Virus genome (UHGV): UHGV-0161119
DNA from: a virus
DNA length: 42,410 bases
Direction: 5' to 3' (one strand)
Part shown: piece after piece, positions 9,809 through 18,594 of the stretch
How the letters are laid out: each line of letters opens with the position of its first letter
Position numbering within the stretch: the stretch's first letter is position 1
Program-made: the position numbers and the translations under genes
Notes under the pieces: generated by a model
Databases searched by the model: none
The model's input: the letters and a program-made list of their open reading frames with translations, nothing else
Told to the model about the DNA's origin: nothing

Positions 9809-10381
9809 TCACGCCCCTTTCCCATTCAGTAAATCGTTCAAACGTTTCTGTTCTTCTAATTCCTCTTCGGAATATTTAACATCTAGGTCAATAAGCGTTT
9901 TATTTTCTTTGTAGAACTCTCTTTCCCAATCTTCCAGTTTCTTTCCTTTGGCTTTCTTCATGCGAACACTAAGAATCTGCGAAAACAAAGACTCTCCAAT
10001 TTCCATGTAAGCTCCTAAAAAAGTCCACCAGTGTAAATACTGCATAGCTCGTATTTCTTTTCCAAGTACACGGTTAACAGATGGGATGATAACTGGTGCA
10101 TCATGTTCCCAATCCATCACATGAGGTTGTTTCTTCCCATCGTCTTTGATACCCATGTCAATAAATTCGATGGCTTTTTCAATAGCTTCTTCATAGTCTT
10201 GTGGTGGCATATTTCCAAAATCAACGTATAAAATGGTAAGGCAAACAATCCACTTTTCATCGTTTTCAAACTCTGGATCATTAAAAGTCTTTAATATATC
10301 CAGAATTGCTCGAAAATCTGTACGAATATCGTACTTAATGCCACCAACTACTATGGATGTAGGAAGTTCCCAAACTTCCAT
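9809..10381 (-). CDS. Tail assembly chaperone, A118 Gp15-like
   Basis: Motifs IRTDFR and YLHWWTF; directly upstream of TMP. Confidence 0.8.
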   Translation of the reverse strand: MEVWELPTSIVVGGIKYDIRTDFRAILDILKTFNDPEFENDEKWIVCLTILYVDFGNMPPQDYEEAIEKAIEFIDMGIKDDGKKQPHVMDWEHDAPVIIPSVNRVLGKEIRAMQYLHWWTFLGAYMEIGESLFSQILSVRMKKAKGKKLEDWEREFYKENKTLIDLDVKYSEEELEEQKRLNDLLNGKGA

Positions 10382-10384
10382 TAT

Positions 10385-10798
10385 TTATTTGTGATATTTA
10401 GACGTTGCCCTTTTAATTTTCGCCTGTTTCTTTTTGATTCTCTGGTCTGTTACCTGCTCAATAACGTCCGCAATCTCAACGATGATATTCTCAATAAAGA
10501 AATCTCCGCTTTCTGTTAACGTCAGCGGATTGCAGATAGCGAATACAGATTTAGAAGCTTTAGAGTTGAGTAAGTAATCAATCTGTTCTTCTAATCTGTC
10601 GGATAATTCCAGAATGTCTTTTTCTGTTGCATCTTCTGGTACTTCCATCTTTTCAAGATTAGCAACTACCTCTTCATATCTTCTAATGATATTTAAATCA
10701 ACAGGATTGAAAGAAAATCTTCCAATCTCTGCATCATCTTCATTGGTCAGTACCACATTTAAGGCACCAGTTTTGACTTTTCTTCTTAATTCTTCCAT
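10385..10798 (-). CDS. Putative tail assembly chaperone
   Basis: Position between the major tail gene and the Gp15-like gene. Confidence 0.6.
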   Translation of the reverse strand: MEELRRKVKTGALNVVLTNEDDAEIGRFSFNPVDLNIIRRYEEVVANLEKMEVPEDATEKDILELSDRLEEQIDYLLNSKASKSVFAICNPLTLTESGDFFIENIIVEIADVIEQVTDQRIKKKQAKIKRATSKYHK

Positions 10799-10808
10799 TG
10801 TTTAACCC

Positions 10809-11339
10809 CTATTTCCCTGTGCTTGATGTATTTACTGAACTTGTAGCTGCTGTAAATTTACCTGTTTCAACGTTGTAAGTACCTTTTGTACGTTCTCCAA
10901 CATAATTGACAGTAAATGGAATCTGATAACCAGATGTATCTCCACCGTATGATGTAGGTGTTACATAACATTCCTGCTGATATGCTTCATAAGCTCCGCT
11001 TGTAGCTTCTTTCCACATATGCACTTCTACGGCGTTTGTCTTTAAGTTGTCGTCTGTGTAACGATTATCAACAATTTCCTGCAATTTCTGTGATAATACA
11101 GAGTCAGCTTCTGCATAATAAGGGTCAGCTTCAGAAGATACTTCATATCCGTTATGCTTAAATGTTGATTCTCCGATGATGTTTTTAGATGTTTCTGTGT
11201 CTGGGTTCAGTTCGACATTGTACTCTTCTAAATCTTTTCCCAGACGTTCATAACCAGATGTTCCGCCACAAAGTGAACCAGAATCTAAGAAATGAGCCAT
11301 ATATTTACGTGCAATTTTACCTGTTGTAACTGCTGCCAT
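10809..11339 (-). CDS. Major tail (tube) protein
   Basis: 176 aa; motifs ELNPDTE and PTSYGGDTSGYQIPF; position. Confidence 0.75.
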   Translation of the reverse strand: MAAVTTGKIARKYMAHFLDSGSLCGGTSGYERLGKDLEEYNVELNPDTETSKNIIGESTFKHNGYEVSSEADPYYAEADSVLSQKLQEIVDNRYTDDNLKTNAVEVHMWKEATSGAYEAYQQECYVTPTSYGGDTSGYQIPFTVNYVGERTKGTYNVETGKFTAATSSVNTSSTGK

Positions 11340-11406
11340 TTTGATTCTCCTTTATCTTTTCAAGGTTAGTGATCTACATCCTGTCGTAGACCAGTTAATG
11401 TGTTAT

Positions 11407-11913
11407 CTATCTATCAAAGTCATTTTGGTATCGGGCAGAAATGTTGATTGCCCAATTCTCAGACTTGTTTTCGTTTGTGCTGTCCAAATATGCAGGTGTC
11501 TGTCTGTCAATCGTTAAAAACTTTCGATTACCTGTCAGAACTGGATATTCTTCTAGCTTATATGTATTGTCTTTAATCGTGATTGTTTGTTTTTCTAACC
11601 ATTTGCCAAGGTTATCCAACCACTCCTTAATATCTGCTTTCCTCTTTGGTTTTGTACCGCTTGCACGACATATCACGCAAAACGGATACAGACATACCTG
11701 TGTGACGTGTCCTGTGATACTCTCTTTTTCTGATTCAATCACTGCACCGCTTACTGGGAACATTGCTTTTCCGCTTGCATCATCAAGTGTAGAAAATGCA
11801 ATTTCGTCTCCCTCTCTTAAATCTGGGAACTGATTTACAAGTTCTTGTAGTGCTGTCGTGACTACGTCAAAGCCATCAATGTCGTACTTGACTGGTTTCT
11901 TTTCTTCTTCCAT
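11407..11913 (-). CDS. Putative tail terminator/completion protein
   Basis: Position directly upstream of the tail tube gene. Confidence 0.55.
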   Translation of the reverse strand: MEEEKKPVKYDIDGFDVVTTALQELVNQFPDLREGDEIAFSTLDDASGKAMFPVSGAVIESEKESITGHVTQVCLYPFCVICRASGTKPKRKADIKEWLDNLGKWLEKQTITIKDNTYKLEEYPVLTGNRKFLTIDRQTPAYLDSTNENKSENWAINISARYQNDFDR

Positions 11914-12380
11914 TAACATCCTCCTGCCTGCTTCTTAACATGAGTAACCCATGCTTTACCGTGATTCTTCTTTGCTGTTTCAAACCATTTTGGAGTAGCT
12001 TTAGGATTGGAATAGGACAGGTCTTCTTTTGCATTGGTTTGTCCTGCAAATTCAGAAACAAGAACCTTTCTTGCCCCTTTTCTTGCCCATGGAGAACCTG
12101 TTAGTTCATCAACCATACCTTTACCGTAGTATAAGAAACGTCCCATCGGTCCAGTACCTGCACATACCATCCCAGTACCTGCAAGAGAAGCACTTTTTGC
12201 TCTCGTTACGTTAATGAATGTACCTGTTTCATGTGGCATATAAGGGACCATATCGGTCATAATTTGACTATCTAGCCAAAACTGAGCATGCTGTATCTGG
12301 TCGTCAAATCTTTCAAGGCTGATATTCGCAATCATGTTAGATGTATTTATATTGACATTTCCTAATTTCTTTTTAGCCAT
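11913..12380 (-). CDS. Head-tail joining / 'minor capsid' protein
   Basis: Motifs MVPYMP, GRFLYYG, PKWFETAK typical of A118-like neck proteins. Confidence 0.7.
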   Translation of the reverse strand: MAKKKLGNVNINTSNMIANISLERFDDQIQHAQFWLDSQIMTDMVPYMPHETGTFINVTRAKSASLAGTGMVCAGTGPMGRFLYYGKGMVDELTGSPWARKGARKVLVSEFAGQTNAKEDLSYSNPKATPKWFETAKKNHGKAWVTHVKKQAGGC

Positions 12381-12388
12381 GTAACCAC

Positions 12389-12841
12389 CTACTTCGCCAT
12401 AACTTCAAAATGCTGAATAATATCATAAAAAGCACTTCCAGTGATCGCAAAGACATAATCATACTTAAGTTTCATCTCTTCGTAAAAACCGTCAATATAA
12501 TCATCGTCTGCAATCGGTTCTTCATTTTCCCATTCTCTAACAATAAAGAAGTCAAAACCATTAGCCTTAGAACTAAATGTAAGTGCCTGTGGTAACTTAT
12601 CATTTGCCTGTTTAGACCATTCTTTAGGCGGTAGCCATAATTTACTTCCTACCATCTTTTGACCGTCTTTTAGGCTATACTGCACGTTTAATACAGCATT
12701 GTCCTGTGAGTCAGAGCCATATTTTGCAATTATGCTTGCTTTATCCATGTTAAGATTGCAATTATGCAAAACGGAGGGATACCATGTATCGCCCTGCTTA
12801 CTCTCATATCTATTGAAAAGTGTAATTGTGTCGTTATACAT
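12389..12841 (-). CDS. Putative head closure protein
   Basis: Start moved to ATG 12841 (RBS GGAGGG); C-terminal IQHFEV motif; position. Confidence 0.6.
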   Translation of the reverse strand: MYNDTITLFNRYESKQGDTWYPSVLHNCNLNMDKASIIAKYGSDSQDNAVLNVQYSLKDGQKMVGSKLWLPPKEWSKQANDKLPQALTFSSKANGFDFFIVREWENEEPIADDDYIDGFYEEMKLKYDYVFAITGSAFYDIIQHFEVMAK

Positions 12842-12854
12842 CGTATCCCTCCGC

Positions 12855-13199
12855 TTATAATGCACCTGCTCTTTTAAAAACTTTAAAAATCTTTTTAGAC
12901 TGTAAAGCAAACCAGTCAATCATCTCTTCGTTATTTGCCCAACAATCTGTGTTGCAGGACTGTCCATCTAAACCACTTTCGTATAAGAAAGCGTGCATAA
13001 TCTCATGCCTAAGCACACTTTTTTGAACCGATTCAATGTTATCCACAGAATCAACACTTTTTTCAAGAATTGCAACGACTATTGTTTTATTTGAATAATC
13101 GCAATAACCAGACAATTCTTGTAGTTTTTCATCTTCATTCTCGTGTCTGAATCTGATTTTATATGTAGTTCCTAAAACATTTACTTTACAATCTTTCAT
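12855..13199 (-). CDS. Small HExxH zincin-like metallopeptidase
   Basis: Motif LRHEIMHAFLYESGL followed by NEE. Confidence 0.6.
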   Translation of the reverse strand: MKDCKVNVLGTTYKIRFRHENEDEKLQELSGYCDYSNKTIVVAILEKSVDSVDNIESVQKSVLRHEIMHAFLYESGLDGQSCNTDCWANNEEMIDWFALQSKKIFKVFKRAGAL

Positions 13200-13705
13200 A
13201 AATACTCCGTTGGGTACATTCCCATATACAATAAATTTACTCCGTTGGCATCTGCGACACCCGATAAGTAGTCTCTTATTGTGTCAGAGTATAACTGCTT
13301 TTGTGCTTCTTTATCCGCTAGACACTTATCTATCAACGTAGCCGTGCCTGTATTACTGGAAGTCACATAGCTTATACTCTCGTTTCCTGCACTCTTAGAT
13401 GCTACCTGCTTACTCATCACAGTTCCATCTTCTAATGTGATATAACCCTGTGATGCTTCAACTCTCGTTTCTGCCTGTTCAATCTTATATGTGATTGACA
13501 GAAGTTCGCAAACACATCTTTTAACTGCTTCTGCATCATCTTCATCTGTTGGAAAAGCAATCTTAAGCTTTTTAACATTATCCACGCCTGTTGTGGCATT
13601 ATCTATCTTCTTGCAAGAATCCCAGACCAGACGATTAAAGTCTGCTTCTGGGATTGTTTTCTCTCCAAAAAGGCTTTTGTAATATTCATAGTCAATGTAT
13701 GCCAT
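13196..13705 (-). CDS. Head-tail connector/adaptor
   Basis: Starts MAYIDYEYY; SKSAGNESISY and NLLYMG motifs; first gene after the capsid gene. Confidence 0.7.
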   Translation of the reverse strand: MAYIDYEYYKSLFGEKTIPEADFNRLVWDSCKKIDNATTGVDNVKKLKIAFPTDEDDAEAVKRCVCELLSITYKIEQAETRVEASQGYITLEDGTVMSKQVASKSAGNESISYVTSSNTGTATLIDKCLADKEAQKQLYSDTIRDYLSGVADANGVNLLYMGMYPTEYL

Positions 13706-13721
13706 GAAATCATACTCCTTT

Positions 13722-14741
13722 TTATCCGTTGGATTTAATAACACCCATGCGGATATTCTTCTGGTTAAATGCTAAGGACCAGTTTGCTTTAGCTCCTAAC
13801 TCTGCATTTGTAGGAGACTCTTTTGCAATCTTGTTAGAATTAATAGAAAATCCGTTAGGATGTAATACATAACCCTGTTTTGTATACAGCTTTTCGATAC
13901 CGGCAGATGTTTCTGGATCATAGTCTGTATAATAAGGATTTTCATAGTTTGTCTTATCACAAGTCAATACTGAGCCTGTACCAAGCATATAAGTTTTGTA
14001 TACTGGGTTTGTTCCTGTTGTATCAACTGTAAATCTATCTGTTACCAGTGGGATAAATCCACCGATTGTAGGAAGATTTACTTCTCTTTCTACTGCGTTA
14101 GCAATAGTGTATTTGTTGTAGTCAACAAGTCCCATTGCTTTGTACTTTGCATAAATGTAAGAGTTTAATACAAGTAATCCCATCTTGTCAGCGGAATCTC
14201 CTAAAGCTTTCTGCTGTGCAAAGATAAGTGTTGTATCGTCAATTTTGTTTGCATCTCCAACAGTACCCTCGCCAGTTAAAGATAAGTCTGTAATATGGTT
14301 TTCCATACCAGACAGACTTAAAACTGCATCAACTGTAGTCATTAAGTCACGTGTTCTTACCTGCTTATAAAAGCTTGCAACAGAGTTTGCAACATGAGTC
14401 ATAGGGTCGGCACCTGTTAACTCTTTTGTAAAGTCTTTTGTTTTCCAAGCTTTCATTCTCTGAATTAACATGCAAGTCTGTTTCTTTCCTGTAATTTCAA
14501 CAGGCGTATTATCTGTTTCTCCATCGTTGTTTAAAGCCTGTGAGTCCTGTTCATCAATCGGTGTATAGAATGGAATTGTTGCGATATTTCCTTTTTCTCC
14601 GATTAAATCCATGATTGTATTGTCCTGTGCTAACACACCAGATGCAATAATTGCATCGTTCCATGTTGGGTTTTCTGACATAAACTCAGAAAAAACCTCT
14701 GGGTCAAAATCAAAACCGCCAAATCTTCCTGTTCTTGGCAT
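13722..14741 (-). CDS. Major capsid protein
   Basis: 339 aa after the scaffold gene; FDPEVF, YVLHPNGFS and ELGAKANW motifs. Confidence 0.85.
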   Translation of the reverse strand: MPRTGRFGGFDFDPEVFSEFMSENPTWNDAIIASGVLAQDNTIMDLIGEKGNIATIPFYTPIDEQDSQALNNDGETDNTPVEITGKKQTCMLIQRMKAWKTKDFTKELTGADPMTHVANSVASFYKQVRTRDLMTTVDAVLSLSGMENHITDLSLTGEGTVGDANKIDDTTLIFAQQKALGDSADKMGLLVLNSYIYAKYKAMGLVDYNKYTIANAVEREVNLPTIGGFIPLVTDRFTVDTTGTNPVYKTYMLGTGSVLTCDKTNYENPYYTDYDPETSAGIEKLYTKQGYVLHPNGFSINSNKIAKESPTNAELGAKANWSLAFNQKNIRMGVIKSNG

Positions 14742-14861
14742 AAAAAAAGTCCTTTCTACCCTAAATAAGAATAGATAAGGACTTATCTTTGTCCCATCTA
14801 CCTACAACTATTAAGGGATTTTAGGTTAGCGGCTCACTTCCATATTGTGAGTCGGTATTAT

Positions 14862-15491
14862 CTATCTGTCATTTAATAAGGTTGCATAGTAGTCTGGGTC
14901 CTCTGCCTTAAGCTTCATTCTGTCGTCTAAAGACATTTCCCTTAACTTCTGTGTTCCCTTTTTCTGCTCTCCGCTGTTGAACTTAGTTGTAAAGCTTGGG
15001 ATCTTAACATCTGGTACTTTCTTTTCATCAACCAAGATGTTCTCAATTGGTTTCCCATCTTTAGTAGTAAGTTCTTTAAATACATCTTCTGCATTTTTCC
15101 CATTCTCTTCTTCTAATTTTTGAATCATCTGGGAGCGGATAGAGTCTTCTGTGATTGCATTTACAAATTTTTTATCAGATAAGAAATCTTTTACCTTGTC
15201 TCTTAACTCTGTCTGCTTAGCTTCTTTTGCTCTTGCTTCTTTTTCGTCTGCAAGCTCCTGTGTTAATGTTGTAATCTTAGCCTTAAGGCCGTCAACATCT
15301 TCTTTCTCTAATTCGGCTAATCTGGTCTGTACATCGTCTAAAGATATTTTGTAGTCATCTTTTTTCTTTACCTGTTTATCGTAGTCAGCTACAGTCTTGT
15401 AATTTTCAGACATCTTCTTTTTCAGATCGGACTTTTTGTCCTCTGGTACTTCGATTCCTAATTCTGCTAAAATCTGTTCGTAATTCTGCAT
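14862..15491 (-). CDS. Capsid scaffolding protein
   Basis: Charged coiled-coil protein ending MSLDDRMKLKAEDPDYY; upstream of the capsid gene. Confidence 0.75.
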   Translation of the reverse strand: MQNYEQILAELGIEVPEDKKSDLKKKMSENYKTVADYDKQVKKKDDYKISLDDVQTRLAELEKEDVDGLKAKITTLTQELADEKEARAKEAKQTELRDKVKDFLSDKKFVNAITEDSIRSQMIQKLEEENGKNAEDVFKELTTKDGKPIENILVDEKKVPDVKIPSFTTKFNSGEQKKGTQKLREMSLDDRMKLKAEDPDYYATLLNDR

Positions 15492-15732
15492 TGTATATCC
15501 TCCTATACGATATTTGTATACCGCTCGTATGCGGTAATGGATTAAGACTTATAAACCTAAGCCAAGGTAAAAGAGAAGAGTGGACTTGAACCGCTCTTGA
15601 GCCTTTAACTCTCTCTTAAAACTTACGGGAGGAGGTTAGTTGATTGAATCACATGAGCATCAAACAATCTACTCTTTTATTGTAAGATATGGAGACTCTT
15701 TTTTTCTACTCATTTTTCTAATTTTTTTCACG

Positions 15733-15762
15733 AAAAAAGCACCATGCGGCAACATGATGCTT
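15733..15762 (-). terminator. Intrinsic terminator downstream of the tRNA
   Basis: AAGCATCATG-loop-CATGGTGCTT followed by TTTT on the minus strand. Confidence 0.65.
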
Positions 15763-15852
15763 CAACGTTTTTTGGAGGAGTATGAAAAAATTACAGCTCT
15801 ACCAATAAAGGGTCAGAAAATAAATGCTATTGATTGCCACTTTTGTGGCTAA

Positions 15853-15926
15853 TGGAAACAACAGGATTCGAACCTGTGACTGTCCACTTATGAGGTGGAT
15901 GCTCTAACCAACTGAACTATGTTTCC
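15853..15926 (-). tRNA. tRNA with CAU anticodon (probably Ile2, lysidine-type; elongator Met is the alternative)
   Basis: Full cloverleaf: GGAAACA/TGTTTCC acceptor, D loop AGTTGGTTA, TCCAC-CTCATAA-GTGGA anticodon arm, ACAGG-TTCGAAT-CCTGT T arm. No encoded CCA. Confidence 0.93.
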
Positions 15927-16073
15927 ACGGACCTCGTGTGAAGTCCTGCCGTATTATACTTTATAAAATCAATAAGAAAAAGGGTTGTAACATGAAAAAT
16001 CTTCGAAACAAATCACATACTAGCAAGTAAAAAATGATTTATTCAACAACAACTATTATTTGTTACAAGTATT

Positions 16074-16103
16074 ATTGTAAATGCTATACTATGGATTTTT
16101 CAA
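16074..16103 (-). promoter_or_regulatory. Putative sigma-A promoter for the tRNA transcript
   Basis: TTGAAA-N18-TACAAT. Confidence 0.45.
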
Positions 16104-16383
16104 TACACTTTTCATAAGTTTTTTCAAAAATTTCTTTCTTACATGGATAGATTTCTCCATTTACGCCAGTGATAAGCATATCATCTTTTGTCATGAGAAA
16201 ATCTCCCTCTAGTGTTGGGATAGTGTAAGAATTGCTGTCATATTGTCTAATGACGTAACCATTGTACATAAACTTAACAGGCATACCGTTAACCACAGTA
16301 TCAGCGTTCTCTGCTCCGATTCTCATAAGCTCATCAAACGTGATTGCTTCTATCTCAACAGGCTTCTTTACATATTTAGCCAT
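16084..16383 (-). CDS. PGDYG-like small phage protein (candidate nucleotide-signal sponge)
   Basis: Motifs KYVKKPVEIEA, IPTLEG, DMLITGVNGEIYPCKKEIFEKTY; start at ATG 16383 with RBS AAGGAG. Confidence 0.6.
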   Translation of the reverse strand: MAKYVKKPVEIEAITFDELMRIGAENADTVVNGMPVKFMYNGYVIRQYDSNSYTIPTLEGDFLMTKDDMLITGVNGEIYPCKKEIFEKTYEKCIEKSIV

Positions 16384-16394
16384 ACTTTCACTCC

Positions 16395-16757
16395 TTATTC
16401 TGCAATTAGCCATTCGTTAGATAAGATATTGTTAAGTGTGTATTCAACCATCTGTGTATCCCTAATATCTAATAAGTCTCCTTTTTCTCCGTTGTCCTTG
16501 TCTCTGCACTGCATCATAATAGTTTCTTTTTCTGTATCCCAATACCAGTACCCACCCCACGATGGAAGTTTTACTTTACGCCCTGCTTTCATTCTTTTAA
16601 ATGCTTCTGCAAACGACATGCCGACATCTTCCACTACAAGTTGCACTCTATAGCCGTCCTTGTGTACGATTCCATCTTTTCCATCTGTAATTGATGCAAT
16701 CAGTTCTCCATCTTTTGTGATATTTAACTCTTTAAAATTTATACCGTCAATTATCAT
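16395..16757 (-). CDS. DUF2829/Tad2-like domain protein with an N-terminal extension
   Basis: MSFAEAFKRMKAGRKVKLPSW...ILSNEWLIAE fits the DUF2829 pattern (MxFxEAxxxxKxGxKVxxxxW...xDWxxxE). Confidence 0.65.
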   Translation of the reverse strand: MIIDGINFKELNITKDGELIASITDGKDGIVHKDGYRVQLVVEDVGMSFAEAFKRMKAGRKVKLPSWGGYWYWDTEKETIMMQCRDKDNGEKGDLLDIRDTQMVEYTLNNILSNEWLIAE

Positions 16758-16769
16758 TCTTATTCTCCT

Positions 16770-17033
16770 TTACATCTCAAACTTGACATTTTCCCACTTC
16801 TTGTAAGCGTCCATGTACAGCTCGCTTTCATCTCCGTTGAATGTCATTTCATAATACATGCCATCAGATAATGTCGTGCTTAACAGTGCTTTGTGGTTCT
16901 GTAATGTTTTGGAATACCAAACAACATACACGTCATTCATTGTAATATGATTGTTGTCTGTCTTGTCCATATGTCCGTTCACATAATCAACAATCTTTGC
17001 TTTGCATACCGCTAAATATTCTCTACTTCCCAT
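16770..17033 (-). CDS. DUF6275-like protein
   Basis: Motif VYVVWYSKTLQNHKALLST...YYEMTFNGD...YMDAYKKWEN. Confidence 0.7.
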   Translation of the reverse strand: MGSREYLAVCKAKIVDYVNGHMDKTDNNHITMNDVYVVWYSKTLQNHKALLSTTLSDGMYYEMTFNGDESELYMDAYKKWENVKFEM

Positions 17034-17045
17034 TTTTATTCTCCT

Positions 17046-17375
17046 TTATTTCTCGTGTGTTGTCAGTGCGTTTATTAACTCGTCTCGGGTTTTTTTTAGG
17101 CCCTCGATGTTGTTCCCTGTGATTTTGTTCTCAATCAGATTAAACATACTTTTCATGACTAAATTAACATCGTCCTGTTGGCTGTTAATTGCGTTGTAGT
17201 CACTGTTAAGCTTCTGCTTAATGTCTTTGATGTCTGTCTCTATTGACGTTATACGTTGTTCTAAATCGTCCGTAGGCTTCTTGTAATGCTTATAGGCTTT
17301 ATACAATACGCCTACAGCTCCACCAATGGTTATAATCCACCCACACGCAACCATGAATTGATTAATAGTTTCCAA
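17046..17375 (-). CDS. Membrane-anchored coiled-coil hypothetical protein
   Basis: TTG start with RBS GAGGT; N-terminal hydrophobic helix followed by a coiled coil. Confidence 0.6.
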   Translation of the reverse strand: METINQFMVACGWIITIGGAVGVLYKAYKHYKKPTDDLEQRITSIETDIKDIKQKLNSDYNAINSQQDDVNLVMKSMFNLIENKITGNNIEGLKKTRDELINALTTHEK

Positions 17376-17376
17376 A

Positions 17377-18594
17377 TTATTTACCTCGTGCGTTATTATA
17401 CCTAGTCGCTGCACCTCTAGCGGATGATGCTTGACTTCTGTCCCATCCTGCGGTGTTGAGTCTTTCGTTTTGGGTTTTCAAATTGTTCTGTCTGCAATAG
17501 TCTTTATAGGCTTGATTCTGTTTCTGCAACAGTGCAGCTTTTTTCTGATATTCCATATCAAGCTCATGCTTTAAGGCTTCGTCCTTTGCGTTGTCTACTG
17601 CTGCTTTCATGCCAATTAACTGTCGTTTCGTCTTTCTGATACGTCTTTCAAGTTCTCGCTGTCGTTTCCGTTTCTCGTATTCTTTGCGATTCTCTTCGCT
17701 GTCGTAGTCCTCGAACGGATTGTTTATTCCATCCCCCGGGCCGTGGGAGTGTCGGCAGTTTGCCCCATGGATTCCCTGCACGTTTCCCATACCGCAGACC
17801 GAAAAAGGCGGAAATCTTGGGTCATTACCGCTTTTGCTGTAAAACTTGCCTTGCCACCAGAAATGATTGGTTAAATTATCCCCACCGTTACCGATTCTGG
17901 CTCCCAGATGGGCAGATGTTAGGATAATATCCCAATCCATCTCGTCCATACGTGCGTCTGTAATATCTGCTGCCATCTGGCTTACACCAGTACGGACCGC
18001 TCTCGCTGTAGCTGTCTCTATGCTGTCTCTACGTCCACTAGGGTATGTTACATCTGCACCCTTGTCTATAATGTCGTTAACAGCTTCTTTGACCGCTTCT
18101 GTGTAGCTTGTTGTACCGCTTGCAGTTTGGTTGTATGCCTTGTCCACTGCATCTATGTAGTTATTGTGGCAGGCGTTTGGCATCGTACCAGTGTAGTTAT
18201 GCATCTCTCCCTTGGTCTTTTCATAATTCCTCTGCAACAATCGTTGTAGATAAGGACTTTCCCCGAGTGGTTTTGGTTCAAGACCTGCTTTTTTATACAC
18301 TGCATCATCCCATTCTAAGGCTTTTATACATGCTTCTTTCATGGTTTGTGCGATTGTATCAATTCCTATCTTTGTTGTTTGTGCAATCTCTTTTTGTACC
18401 GCTTGCAAGATATACCCTGCATCCTGCAATACATCCATTTGCCACTTGTCAATAGGGGTAAAAAGGTAATCTTCCCCACGTCCTAGCCTTATCATCATTC
18501 GTTCAATCATGACAGATACAATCTTATTATGCAGTTCTTCCGCCTGCTTCTCTGCCTTTTCTGGCACGTACCATAAGTAATCTGGCGTTAGCAT
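17377..18594 (-). CDS. Minor capsid (head morphogenesis) protein
   Basis: Motifs SAHLGAR, WQGK and GANCRH; follows the portal gene. Confidence 0.85.
   Translation of the reverse strand: MLTPDYLWYVPEKAEKQAEELHNKIVSVMIERMMIRLGRGEDYLFTPIDKWQMDVLQDAGYILQAVQKEIAQTTKIGIDTIAQTMKEACIKALEWDDAVYKKAGLEPKPLGESPYLQRLLQRNYEKTKGEMHNYTGTMPNACHNNYIDAVDKAYNQTASGTTSYTEAVKEAVNDIIDKGADVTYPSGRRDSIETATARAVRTGVSQMAADITDARMDEMDWDIILTSAHLGARIGNGGDNLTNHFWWQGKFYSKSGNDPRFPPFSVCGMGNVQGIHGANCRHSHGPGDGINNPFEDYDSEENRKEYEKRKRQRELERRIRKTKRQLIGMKAAVDNAKDEALKHELDMEYQKKAALLQKQNQAYKDYCRQNNLKTQNERLNTAGWDRSQASSARGAATRYNNARGK

Noticed and set aside
9809..10798. Programmed frameshift between the tail chaperones
   Set aside because: No clear X XXY YYZ slippery site near the end of the first gene; the two ORFs look separately encoded.
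14742..14861. Riboswitch or ncRNA in the capsid leader
   Set aside because: Only short hairpins (for example GGCTCAC/GTGAGTC) and no recognisable family; insufficient support.
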